Shown here piece after piece: positions 54,800 through 63,927 of a stretch of 64,000 nucleotides of DNA; the first letter of the stretch is position 1, and each line of letters begins with the position of its first letter. The DNA lies in IMG/VR virus record IMGVR_UViG_3300037193_001436, positions 32,001 to 96,000 of that record, one strand, 5' to 3'. The notes below the pieces were generated by a model. The model did no database searches and was not told the DNA's origin. It saw only the letters and a list, made by a program, of their open reading frames with translations. This DNA comes from a virus. The position numbers and the translations under genes were made by a program.

Positions 54800-55483
54800 T
54801 CAGGATCCGAATTCGTACGAGTCCGCCAGAACGCGAAGATCGATGTTGACTTCTTCGACCGGCTTGAACAACTCGTAGACGTTTTGTACTGCATACAGGG
54901 GCAGTTCCGAATAGACCCTTACAGCGTAGTGGGTTCGGAACACTCTCTTGTCATTGTTGTCCTTGGCATCTTCCCGTTCCGGTCCGCCGATCAGGTCGAG
55001 TGAACGGACGGTGCCGTCCTCGGGTACCTCGACGTAGCCGAAGCGCGGAGGGATCCGGTCGATCGCCGCCAGCGCAGCCGTCAGCTCGGTCTGGTGCTGC
55101 TCGAACCGCGTGTGGACGACGACCTGGTAGTCGATGTTGTGCGGGATCGGCCAGTCCTGGGTGTAGAACGGCGACCGGCTGGGGTCGACCGAGGTCGCGC
55201 CGTCGGGGATGTAGGGCTGGCCGTCCCGGGCGGGAGTGTCGTTCGGCCACTCCTCCGGCACGTACGGCAGGTACGTGCTCCCCCGATGTTCCCGGTCGGC
55301 TGCCCTGTTGATGCCGCTGTGCGTGATCGAGATGGTCGGGTAGTCCATGTCGGCCAGCTCGTACGACGGCACAGTGAAACGCACCGCCACAGGTCGTCCC
55401 CCGGGCGGTGCGCTCGAATCTGTTACGAATAGGCCCGCGAACTTTGCCTTGATGGCGGCGTCCTCATTCAGGAGCCACGGCAC
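54800..55483 (-). CDS. tail terminator/completion protein
   Basis: Position before the sheath; YPTISI...PIPHNIDYQV. Confidence 0.65.
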   Translation of the reverse strand: MPWLLNEDAAIKAKFAGLFVTDSSAPPGGRPVAVRFTVPSYELADMDYPTISITHSGINRAADREHRGSTYLPYVPEEWPNDTPARDGQPYIPDGATSVDPSRSPFYTQDWPIPHNIDYQVVVHTRFEQHQTELTAALAAIDRIPPRFGYVEVPEDGTVRSLDLIGGPEREDAKDNNDKRVFRTHYAVRVYSELPLYAVQNVYELFKPVEEVNIDLRVLADSYEFGS

Positions 55484-55525
55484 ACAACCATTGTCGGCGA
55501 GCTGGGCGTTGAGTTGTCAGTCCTG

Positions 55526-55921
55526 CTAGCGCTCCTGCAGCGCCTTGTTGTGCTTCTCGATCCGCTCGGTGTGCATCATCGCGATCAGCATCAGCGGGAT
55601 CCAGGTGACCAGGCCGAAGATGACGAGCATGATCCAGAAGTAGTCGTCGGCGGTGTAGGTGTTGCCGTACCAGATGACGAAGCCCAGGAAGTGCAGCACA
55701 GCGGCGGCCAGGATGTAGCGGCCCCAGACCGGGTACTTCCAGCCCCTCGGGACCAGGCCCTGCGCCTCCGCCTCCCGCCGGTTGTACGACCGCGCGGCCA
55801 GGAAGACCGCCGTACCGACGGCCGCGATGGTGGCCGGGTTCGGGCCGTGGTCCTGGTGCTGTGGCGCGTGCTGGTGCGACACGGCGTTGAGCCGGTCGAA
55901 GTCGCTGTTGAAGTCCCCCAT
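55526..55921 (-). CDS. membrane protein (moron-like insertion)
   Basis: Two to three TM segments; own TATAGT -10 box and palindrome upstream. Confidence 0.7.
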   Translation of the reverse strand: MGDFNSDFDRLNAVSHQHAPQHQDHGPNPATIAAVGTAVFLAARSYNRREAEAQGLVPRGWKYPVWGRYILAAAVLHFLGFVIWYGNTYTADDYFWIMLVIFGLVTWIPLMLIAMMHTERIEKHNKALQER

Positions 55922-55990
55922 GATCCTGCGCTCCCCTAAGTTGTGGTGGTGGAACAACTATACGTTCCCGGAACGCGTTCCGGAAGGGGT

Positions 55991-56500
55991 TCAGAGGTCC
56001 AGAAATTGTGGATCCAGGATGTACTCGTCGGGCTTGAGCTGGGCCCCTTCGAGGCTGACCATGAAGTCGGTGGAGGAGATCTGGCCGGTGACGTGAATCT
56101 GGGTCACACGGAAGGCCTTGCCGTCGTACACGACCCGGTCCTTGAGGTAGTTCTGGCTGCGGACGTCGGCCTCGGTCAGGCCGGTGCGCAGGAACTGGGA
56201 GTAGGACATCGTCGCGTAGAGGTCGTCGACGAAGTAGAAGCCGGTCTCGGTGTCCTGGTTGCCGCCCTCGTTGTGGGTAGCGTGCAGGACCGGGATCTCG
56301 ACCGGCGGGTGGAATGCCAGGCCGGTGCCAGTCGGCTCGTCGTAGACCGCGTGCATCTCCGACTCCTCGGCCCAGTAGCGGTAGTAGCTGATCGAGTCCT
56401 CGATCTCGGCGTTCTGGTAGCCGCGCAGGGCCGCGTCGATCTGCTGCTGCTCGCGCTTGCGGTCGAACCGGCCGCCCTCCTTCCAGTCCAACCGGCTCAT
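55991..56500 (-). CDS. head closure (stopper)-like protein
   Basis: Position; KDRVVYDGKAFRV pattern. Confidence 0.6.
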   Translation of the reverse strand: MSRLDWKEGGRFDRKREQQQIDAALRGYQNAEIEDSISYYRYWAEESEMHAVYDEPTGTGLAFHPPVEIPVLHATHNEGGNQDTETGFYFVDDLYATMSYSQFLRTGLTEADVRSQNYLKDRVVYDGKAFRVTQIHVTGQISSTDFMVSLEGAQLKPDEYILDPQFLDL

Positions 56501-56643
56501 CGCGGATCTTTCAGGATCGGGTGCTTGCACAGGCGGCACTCGACCAGGTTGGGAAGCGCCCGGCGAGCCGTGTCAGTGTGATCGGTGCTGATGCAGCAGC
56601 ACTCGGTGCACAGTCCCTGCCGGTGGCAGACCTTGCAGGCCAT
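56497..56643 (-). CDS. 48-aa Cys-rich protein
   Basis: MACKVCHRQGLCTECCCISTDHTDTARRALPNLVECRLCKHPILKDPR; TGATG and ATGA coupling on both sides. Confidence 0.65.
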   Translation of the reverse strand: MACKVCHRQGLCTECCCISTDHTDTARRALPNLVECRLCKHPILKDPR

Positions 56644-57458
56644 CAGAACAGCCCCCTGTCAGCCGGGCTGGCCGGTCCGTCGGGGTCGGACTCGCGGGTG
56701 TCGATCTCGGGCAGGACCCGGATCGGCATGGTGGCGTCGTCGTACTCGCGCGCCACGTAGACCGGGACCAGGCGGCCGGTGGTCTTGGAGATGCGGCGCA
56801 GGGTGGACATCTCGATGCGGAAGAGGCCGACGTTGAGCTGAGCGCACAGCGTCTTGTACTTCTCGGTCAGCAGGTTGATCTGGCTGACGATCTGGCCGTA
56901 GCGCTGCGATCGAGGAACGAAGGTGCCCTCTGAGGTGTGCACGTCGATGTCCGTGCTCGCGTCAGTCGACAGCGCCCACAGCGCCTCGGTGGCGGCCAGC
57001 AGGGCCACCAGCACTTCCTCGATCTCGGGCAAGTTCTCCAGCGTCACCGCGTAGTGGGCATACTTGATGAACCCGTTTTCGTCCCGGTACCGGATGGTGT
57101 CGCTTGCCCCGTTGGTGTGCTGGAGAAGCGCCTCGTGCAGGAACTCCTTGATCTCGTCGTCGGTGAACAGACTAAAGCTGTTGCCCTCGACAACGAGCTG
57201 CCAGTCCTTGGCGAGCGCGGTGTCGAGCGTGATCAGGCCCTGGGCCAGGTCGAGGGTGTAGTCGTCGGCCGTGAGATCAGTGATGGCCAGGGTGGTGGGA
57301 TTGACCGTGAAGGCCTTGAGCCCGGTGGCGGAGACGTTGTTGGCGGGCAAGTCGAAGGTCTTCTGGGTGCCGGTGCCTCGGAACTGGCCCCGGAACGACA
57401 TGGGGTTGTCGCCCAGCTCCAACCGGATCCGGGAGATCAACGCGGCTTCGGTGGCCAC
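56643..57458 (-). CDS. head-to-tail adaptor
   Basis: RIRLELGD...FTDDEI..FL pattern; position after the capsid. Confidence 0.7.
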   Translation of the reverse strand: MATEAALISRIRLELGDNPMSFRGQFRGTGTQKTFDLPANNVSATGLKAFTVNPTTLAITDLTADDYTLDLAQGLITLDTALAKDWQLVVEGNSFSLFTDDEIKEFLHEALLQHTNGASDTIRYRDENGFIKYAHYAVTLENLPEIEEVLVALLAATEALWALSTDASTDIDVHTSEGTFVPRSQRYGQIVSQINLLTEKYKTLCAQLNVGLFRIEMSTLRRISKTTGRLVPVYVAREYDDATMPIRVLPEIDTRESDPDGPASPADRGLF

Positions 57459-57474
57459 TGCTCGTCCCCGCTCG

Positions 57475-57885
57475 CTATTGGATGGTGAGAGCGCCCGCTG
57501 CGACGAAGATCGGCTTGTTGGCCTTGGCAAGCACCGGTTCCAGGAGCTGCCACAGGTACAGGACGGTCCCCGACGTACCGGACGATGAGTCGGTCAGGAA
57601 GGCGTAGGTCGCCTCGGTGTCCATGTCGGCGGTCACCGGCCCGAACTGGACGCTGGCACTGTTCGTCGTCGAGATCGGCGTACCGGTGGGAGCCGCCCAG
57701 GTGACCTGGACCCGGGCGTACCCAGCCGTGGTCACCTCCGCCAGCGTGGCGAGGGTCACCGGCTCGTCCGGGATGGCGATGGCCAGGCCGAGGTAGGCGT
57801 TCCGGGGCGCGGTGTAGGCGACCGCTCGTCCGGTCAGGAAGTCGAGCAGCATCCCCTTGGAAGCGTCGGTGGTGTTGCCTGGCAT
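57475..57885 (-). CDS. virion structural protein
   Basis: YLGL....P....EVT..GYARV..TW pattern typical of head/tail decoration domains. Confidence 0.6.
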   Translation of the reverse strand: MPGNTTDASKGMLLDFLTGRAVAYTAPRNAYLGLAIAIPDEPVTLATLAEVTTAGYARVQVTWAAPTGTPISTTNSASVQFGPVTADMDTEATYAFLTDSSSGTSGTVLYLWQLLEPVLAKANKPIFVAAGALTIQ

Positions 57886-57913
57886 CGCATCAGCCCTTGG
57901 TCGTCAGGTGGAT

Positions 57914-58285
57914 CTAGTGGTAGACGACGCCCTTCTCGTCCAGGTGCTTGTAGATCCAGCGAGGTGCGCGGTACTGCTGACCCTCGACGAAGTCGAAGTG
58001 GTTGCCTGCGCCGATGGTCACCTGCTCCATCGTGGTGTTGACCCGGAAGTTGACCAGGTCGTCCTCGACGGTGATCGGAGAGACCTCAACGTCGCCGACG
58101 CTTTCGACCTCGGGTTCGGGCCTCGGTTCGGTCAGGTCGATGACCTCGTCCTTGCCCGCCTCGATGGACGCGGTCGCCATGGACATCTGGGCTGCCCGCT
58201 CCTCGATCTCCTTCGCGTGCTCGGCGGTGTTCTTCTCCTTGACCTTCCCGGTGAAGTCGCCGTGGCGAGCCTGGCTCCGAGGCAT
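57914..58285 (-). CDS. head-associated hypothetical protein
   Basis: Follows the capsid; AAGGAG RBS. Confidence 0.7.
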   Translation of the reverse strand: MPRSQARHGDFTGKVKEKNTAEHAKEIEERAAQMSMATASIEAGKDEVIDLTEPRPEPEVESVGDVEVSPITVEDDLVNFRVNTTMEQVTIGAGNHFDFVEGQQYRAPRWIYKHLDEKGVVYH

Positions 58286-58327
58286 CTGGATTCTCCTTGT
58301 CAGTCACGAAAAGTTGTCCAAGGCAAA

Positions 58328-58361
58328 CACAGGAGCGCCGGTGTGGAGCGACGCTCCTGTG
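58328..58361 (-). terminator. terminator after the major capsid gene
   Basis: CACAGGAGCG...CGCTCCTGTG followed by TTT on the minus strand. Confidence 0.7.
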
Positions 58362-58382
58362 TGCCCACGTACGCGCGAGGGG

Positions 58383-59378
58383 TCAGTTGGTCTCGGTGAT
58401 CACGACGGACTGGTCGGTGATGAGGCCCAGGCCCCAGATCGCGTACCAGGCCAGGGCGTGCTCGCGGCCGAAGTCGAGGATGCCGCCGTCGCGCAGCTCG
58501 ACCGGCAGGGAGATCGCGTGGCCGAACGCGTTGTCGCCGATGGTCATGGCCTGGTAGACGTCGGCACCGCCGCCGCCAGCACCCGCGAGACGGTTCACCT
58601 GCGTGGTTTCGATGAACACCACGTCGTTCAGGCGGCCGATCTCACCGATCATGAAGTTGCCCGGAGCCGCGTACTTCGTGACCTCGATGAACTCGGGGTC
58701 GTCACGCAGCCGACGGCTCTGGTGCGGGTGGACGAACGACACGTAGGTCTCGCCGAGGCGCGGAACGTTCTTGGTCGCCAGGGTCTCTACGGTGTCCTTG
58801 ACCAGCGCGGCGGTGTAGTCGAAGCCGCCGTTCAGGGCCGCGCGGTTCGCCGCAGCGGTGCCCCGGTCGTAGGGGGAGATCGACGTCATCGGCGAGACCG
58901 GCGCGGACAGCTTGTTGTAGCCGTACAGCACGCTCGTTGCCAGCAGCAACGTGTCCCGGCAGGAGACGTCGAGGTAGGTCGCCATGTTGCGGCCCAGGAG
59001 CCGCGAGGCCGACGCCATCACGTCGTCGAAGGAGGCGTTGAGCAACAGCTCGGACACGGCCACCGCGTACCCGTGCTCGACCACGGTGATCGAGAACTGG
59101 CTCGCGGTCAGCGCGTTGGTCTGCATGCGGACACCTTCGACGAGGGCCGAGGCCGCGCCGAGGTTGTTGTACCGCATGAAGTTGATCGTGAGTCCGGGCT
59201 GTACGCCCAGCTCCGTCTTCTTGACCGCGAACTGCTCGAACCGAAGGATCGGCATCGACTGGAACAGGATTTCCTTGCTCCAGATGGTCTGGACGGCCGG
59301 GGTGAGCATCGAGTTCGCGCCCGCGTACGCGGTCGGCGACGCACTGAGTACCCCAGTACCCGTGATTGCGTTGGCCAT
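58383..59378 (-). CDS. major capsid protein (N4 gp56 family)
   Basis: G.TINF.RY..L....LVEG, EHG, YVSFVHP, GEIGRL..V.FIET. Confidence 0.92.
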   Translation of the reverse strand: MANAITGTGVLSASPTAYAGANSMLTPAVQTIWSKEILFQSMPILRFEQFAVKKTELGVQPGLTINFMRYNNLGAASALVEGVRMQTNALTASQFSITVVEHGYAVAVSELLLNASFDDVMASASRLLGRNMATYLDVSCRDTLLLATSVLYGYNKLSAPVSPMTSISPYDRGTAAANRAALNGGFDYTAALVKDTVETLATKNVPRLGETYVSFVHPHQSRRLRDDPEFIEVTKYAAPGNFMIGEIGRLNDVVFIETTQVNRLAGAGGGGADVYQAMTIGDNAFGHAISLPVELRDGGILDFGREHALAWYAIWGLGLITDQSVVITETN

Positions 59379-59446
59379 TGTGGCTTTCCCTTGTCTCCGG
59401 ATCAGGTCATGTCAATGACGGTCGTTGCCTCCGGCCCGGGGGTCTG

Positions 59447-60271
59447 TTAGCCGAACAGCCCTCTGCCTTGAGACCCGCCGATGCCCATCTGCTGACGGAA
59501 CTTCGCGTACTGCTCGAAGTTCATGTTCGCGATGTCCTCGGCGCTGTACTGCTTGCCGCCCGGGTTGTCGGTGTCCGGCCCCACTGCTGGGAACGACGCC
59601 GACGACACCCCCCGCTGGGAAGCACGGGCCTGCTGCGCGTACGACTGGATGGTCTGAACAAGCTGCTCGGACTTCTCCTTCATCCGCGTGATGCTGGCCT
59701 CAAGCTCCTCGGGAGTGTTGCCCGAGACGAGGTCGATCAACTCCGGCGCGATCTCGTCGCGCACCGCGTTCAGTCGCTCGGTCCGGAACTCCTGGAACGC
59801 GTGGTACTCACGTTCCTTCGCCGCCAGGGCGCGCTCCTGCTCGCGTTCGGTGTTGAGGGTGTTGAAACGCTCCTCCCACGACTTGTTCGACTGCTCGAAC
59901 TTCTTGTTCCACTCGGCTTCACGGGACTCCAGCAACTGCCGGGCGTCCATGTCCGCTTCCGCCTTCTTCTTGGCGGCTGCTTCCTCGGCTGCCCGTGCTT
60001 CCTGTGCCTTCTTCGCCCGTTCGGCCTCTGCGGTCTCGAACTCGGTCAGTCGCTGCTTGGTCTTCTCCAGCTCGCCGTAGACCTTGGCCTTCTCGTCCTC
60101 GCGGATCTTGTGGACCTCGGCTTCGGTGAACGTCCTCGGCTGCGGCTGTTCGGTCTTCTGCTGGCGCTCGGGAGTCGTTGCCGTCTCCTGTGTGCCCTGC
60201 TCGAAGCCGTCCTTCGCGACGTCAGACTGGGTGACCTGGCCGGTCTTGGTAGGTGCGTCTGCCATTGACAT
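59447..60271 (-). CDS. capsid scaffolding protein
   Basis: TFTEAEV...EK.K.Y coiled coil between portal and capsid. Confidence 0.8.
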   Translation of the reverse strand: MSMADAPTKTGQVTQSDVAKDGFEQGTQETATTPERQQKTEQPQPRTFTEAEVHKIREDEKAKVYGELEKTKQRLTEFETAEAERAKKAQEARAAEEAAAKKKAEADMDARQLLESREAEWNKKFEQSNKSWEERFNTLNTEREQERALAAKEREYHAFQEFRTERLNAVRDEIAPELIDLVSGNTPEELEASITRMKEKSEQLVQTIQSYAQQARASQRGVSSASFPAVGPDTDNPGGKQYSAEDIANMNFEQYAKFRQQMGIGGSQGRGLFG

Positions 60272-60317
60272 GACTCCTTGGTCAGGGGGTTGTCCGAGTA
60301 AGCCACGAGTTGGTGTT

Positions 60318-62024
60318 TCAGGACTGTGGTGAGGTCTGTCGGCTCGGGAGCTTGGTCCCGTAGGCCTTTGTCACCAGGTCCACCATCGACTGGTTCATCT
60401 CTTGTTCGGTCATCGCCGCGAAGTCCATCGGGGGTTTGACCATCGGCTCTGGTTGCTCAGAGCCACTGTCTTCATTATTGGACCCCCCTGGCGGAGGTTG
60501 TGAATTGCCGTCCGCCGGGAGCATTCCAGTTAGTGCAAAGATCGCCTGCTGGATCCGCGCGTTCACCAGGTCGAGGGCTCCCTGGTCCTTTGCGTCCTGC
60601 AGCAGCTCCTCGAAGATCTCCTGCATCTTCTCGTCGGGGAACTCCGCGCCCAGCTCGGCCAGCGCGCCGCGCTTGGACTCCAGGCCCATGCCCATCTTGA
60701 CCTGCAGCTCTTGCAGCTTGATCAGGGCGTCGACTGGCAGCGGCGGCGGCCAGTGGATGATCGTCTCGAACGTGACCGGGTCGGCCGGGTCGAGGATCGG
60801 CGGCTGTCCCTCGTCGGTCATGATGCCGTCGGAGGACGGGTCGTAGGCCAGCGTCTCCGGCGTGAAGGTGAAGAGGGTTTTGAGGATCAGGTAGTTGATT
60901 TCCTTGAAGCCGATGGAGTAGGTCAACTTCTTCATCGCGTACCGCTGCATCATCGGCTGGTACATGATGCTCAGGGCAACGCCCGAGGTGTTACTGATCG
61001 GCTGCATCTGACCGAGCGCGGACTCCGGCACGCCGGTGATCTCGTGCATCCCACGCTTCAGCCGGTCCAGGTACTCCAGCGCGGCCGGGATCGCGGCGGT
61101 GCCACCTTCGAGGTTGAACACCTGCACGTCCTTGGCCGGGATCGCCCAGACCTTCTTGGCCCCCTTCTCCAGGTTGGAGGCCTTCGCGCCGGTGATGACG
61201 GTCACCGGGGACGCGTGGTAGTTGATGATGTCCGAGATGTCGGTGGCCTTCTCGTTGTACTCCCGGTTGAGCATGGTGATGTCGGCGATGTCTGCCGCAC
61301 CCCACGGGGAGCCAGCGATCCGGATGTTCGGGATGTGCACGACGGGGATGATCCCGAGCGGATTCGGCCGCTGGTCCAACAACTCGTCGTTGATGTACTC
61401 CTCGATCCACTCGTCAGTCAGGATCTCGGTGTAGGTGTAGACCTGCCGGGTGCCCTCCTGCGAGGTGCCCCAGAACTTGTACTTCAGCTTCAGCCGCAGC
61501 AGCCGGTCAGGGTCGTGCGGGTGCCACTCCGGGAAGACGTGCGCGGCCTTCAGGGGAAGGATCCTGACCCGGCCGGGGTGCACGGCCCCGATGGAGTCCT
61601 CCCACGGGGGTTCCCAGGCGACCTTGACGAAGCAGTCGCCGGACACGCCGCCCTCCTGGCCCATCTGCCAGAGGAGGACTTCCTTGTCGTTGTCGGTTTC
61701 CCAGACCCGCTTCAGCAGAGTGGGGACGATGTGGCTGGTCATCTCCGGCGACTTCATCTGCACTCCACGCCCGAACGTGAAGTTGTTGATGTAGTCGGCG
61801 AAGGCCTTCACGTAGTTGAAGGTGAGCTGGCTCTCGCCCGCCTCGCGCCGGTACGCCCAGTGGTGGCCCAGATAGAAGGCCCAGTTCTGGGCGTACCGGT
61901 TCAGCCGGGGGCCATGGACCTCGAACTCCTCGTCGGCCAGCTCGACCAGGCCCAGTGGCGAGATCTGCATCGCCAGATCGGAACCGGCGGCTCGCATCGA
62001 CGGGGACGCGAACGAAATGCTCAT
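60318..62024 (-). CDS. portal protein (SPP1 gp6-like)
   Basis: FNYVK, NPLGIIPVVHIPN, SGVAL, IIHWPPPLP. Confidence 0.92.
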   Translation of the reverse strand: MSISFASPSMRAAGSDLAMQISPLGLVELADEEFEVHGPRLNRYAQNWAFYLGHHWAYRREAGESQLTFNYVKAFADYINNFTFGRGVQMKSPEMTSHIVPTLLKRVWETDNDKEVLLWQMGQEGGVSGDCFVKVAWEPPWEDSIGAVHPGRVRILPLKAAHVFPEWHPHDPDRLLRLKLKYKFWGTSQEGTRQVYTYTEILTDEWIEEYINDELLDQRPNPLGIIPVVHIPNIRIAGSPWGAADIADITMLNREYNEKATDISDIINYHASPVTVITGAKASNLEKGAKKVWAIPAKDVQVFNLEGGTAAIPAALEYLDRLKRGMHEITGVPESALGQMQPISNTSGVALSIMYQPMMQRYAMKKLTYSIGFKEINYLILKTLFTFTPETLAYDPSSDGIMTDEGQPPILDPADPVTFETIIHWPPPLPVDALIKLQELQVKMGMGLESKRGALAELGAEFPDEKMQEIFEELLQDAKDQGALDLVNARIQQAIFALTGMLPADGNSQPPPGGSNNEDSGSEQPEPMVKPPMDFAAMTEQEMNQSMVDLVTKAYGTKLPSRQTSPQS

Positions 62025-62091
62025 GCGCCCCTCTCAACTCTTTGCTCGCGGCAACGTCCGGCGCGTCGGATTGGTCAGGATGCGTGGTGCC

Positions 62092-62448
62092 CTACGCGGC
62101 GATGAACTGCAACGTCACGTCGAGGTCGGCACCGGCCACCGTCGACCCGATCTGGTCGATCTCCAGGGTGAAGGTGTCCCCGGCGGCGAACTTGGTGACG
62201 TCGGGCCGCGCACTCACCGCAGACTCGGTCGTGCTGACCGCGATGCTCGGCCGGTTGGCCTGGGTGGTGAAGATCGTCGTGCCTTCCTTGTGCACGTCGA
62301 TCAGCAGCGCCGCGCCGGTCGGGGCGGTGCCCACGACTGCGACCACGTTGACGATCTCGCCCGAGAAGGGGGCGATCCAGCGGTCCTTGATGCCGGTGGT
62401 GAGGGTGCCGGAGGCTTCCAGCTTCAGGACAGAGCGGACATCAGCCAT
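62092..62448 (-). CDS. virion-associated beta-sandwich protein
   Basis: APTGAALLIDV...GDTFTLEIDQIGSTVAGADL. Confidence 0.65.
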   Translation of the reverse strand: MADVRSVLKLEASGTLTTGIKDRWIAPFSGEIVNVVAVVGTAPTGAALLIDVHKEGTTIFTTQANRPSIAVSTTESAVSARPDVTKFAAGDTFTLEIDQIGSTVAGADLDVTLQFIAA

Positions 62449-62468
62449 TGCAGTTCAGTTCCTCTTCG

Positions 62469-62759
62469 TCAGGGTGTCGTCTGGCGACGATCGTGGATCA
62501 GGCTGGCGGCTCGCGCAGCCTCGACTGGGTCCGGCGAGCCGGGGTTCCTCCGCGTCACCGGCACCAGGGAGGACTTCAGCACCATGCCGTGGAACTCGCC
62601 GGTGTCGGCGTTCTCGATGTACCGGAACGGGCCGGAGACACGGCCGACGCCGGACTGGTCCGACAGGACGACATGCGTGCCCGCAGGCGGTAGGTCGGCG
62701 CGAGGGCTCATGGCGTCCATACCGGTCGGCTGGAAGGCATAGCGTCGCTTGTTGCCCAT
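62469..62759 (-). CDS. hypothetical protein
   Basis: GAGG RBS. Confidence 0.6.
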   Translation of the reverse strand: MGNKRRYAFQPTGMDAMSPRADLPPAGTHVVLSDQSGVGRVSGPFRYIENADTGEFHGMVLKSSLVPVTRRNPGSPDPVEAARAASLIHDRRQTTP

Positions 62760-62769
62760 GGCGACGACC

Positions 62770-63165
62770 TCAGTCCTGGACGCTGGCCGGGTTGATTCGC
62801 TGGTAGCGTCCGCCGGACCGGTTCACCTGCTCGTACTTCAGCTCCGCGTAGGAGTTGAAGGAGCCGTGCGCGTACTCACCCAGGAAGGTCGGGGCCTCCA
62901 CCCAGGCAGCGGATCCGACGTGCGCCCGCTCTGCCATCGTCTCCTCGGGGAACTTCTCGTAGACGTTGGCGTTGTGGTTCGGGCGGCCTGGCGCGGTGAT
63001 GTAGCCCTGCATGACGCCCTTGGTGAACTCGTTCGGGACGTCGGTGTCGGTGGCTACGCCCTCTTCGAACCGAAGCGGGCCGCGACGAGCCAGGTTCTGG
63101 CCGACCTTGGCCTCGTAGTTGTAGTCACCCTGCTCCGGGAAGCGGGGCGTCGGTGCGAGAGTCAT
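62770..63165 (-). CDS. hypothetical protein upstream of the portal
   Basis: GPLRFEEGVATDTDVP motif; codon usage. Confidence 0.7.
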   Translation of the reverse strand: MTLAPTPRFPEQGDYNYEAKVGQNLARRGPLRFEEGVATDTDVPNEFTKGVMQGYITAPGRPNHNANVYEKFPEETMAERAHVGSAAWVEAPTFLGEYAHGSFNSYAELKYEQVNRSGGRYQRINPASVQD

Positions 63166-63261
63166 CACTGCCTCATTTCGCATGGAACACGAGAAGATGC
63201 TTCAAGCATAGAATTCCCGTGCACACAGCTTGGAATAGCAACTATTGCGGTAGTTGTTCGT

Positions 63262-63927
63262 TTAGCCGATTGGAATTCCCCAGCCCTGGAAGGCGGCCGT
63301 CGGCGTGGTGACCGGCGTGTTCATGTCGGCCGTGATCGCAGCCGCATCGAGCACCGTGTCGTAGACCCGAACGTCGTCGATCACTGCTGCGGTGGATGCG
63401 TTGTCGAAGACGCGGATGTCCGTCGCGGTCGATACCGCAAAGGCCATCGAGACCGTCGATCCGACCTGGGTGCCATCGACGTACGCCTTCAGGGAGGTGC
63501 CGTCATGCGTCGCCGCATAGTGATGCCAGTTCGCGGCGTCGGCGGTGAGGTTCACCTCGAAGACCGCGTTGGAGGAGTTCTTGGCACGAAACCGGAAGGT
63601 GCCGTTCAGCATCAGCCAGCCGAAGACGCCGGTGTCTTCGGTGCTGCGGTAGTACTCCATGGTCCACGAGGGGTTCGCACCCGGCTGCTTGCCCCAGAAC
63701 TCGACCGTCCGGGATGTGGTGTTCAGACCGGTGATCGGCGCGAGCTGGATGGCGGCCGACGACTGTGTGAGCCCCTTGGACGAGGACACCGTGCCGCCGT
63801 AGGTGTAGCCGGATCCGGCGGCCGTCCGGACCGTCCCGGCGGAGAGTGCGAAGTCGTGGCCGTTGCCCGAGCGGTCGAGAACGTTGCCGCTGGCCTCTTC
63901 GAAGTTCCACGCGAGCAGCAGGCTCAT
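63262..63927 (-). CDS. LamG/ConA-like lectin domain protein
   Basis: WNFEE.SG...DRSGNG, WHHYAATHDG..LKAYVDG, IDDVRVYD. Confidence 0.85.
   Translation of the reverse strand: MSLLLAWNFEEASGNVLDRSGNGHDFALSAGTVRTAAGSGYTYGGTVSSSKGLTQSSAAIQLAPITGLNTTSRTVEFWGKQPGANPSWTMEYYRSTEDTGVFGWLMLNGTFRFRAKNSSNAVFEVNLTADAANWHHYAATHDGTSLKAYVDGTQVGSTVSMAFAVSTATDIRVFDNASTAAVIDDVRVYDTVLDAAAITADMNTPVTTPTAAFQGWGIPIG

Noticed and set aside
39301-61226. TAGTTGAT near-matches to the octamer
   Set aside because: Explained by common Ile-Asn-Tyr codons (ATC AAC TAC) on the coding strand
6-63910. Many long plus-strand ORFs (e.g. 6822-8453, 30882-32528, 50141-52180, 58002-59450)
   Set aside because: Antisense shadows of high-GC minus-strand genes, with no motifs or RBS
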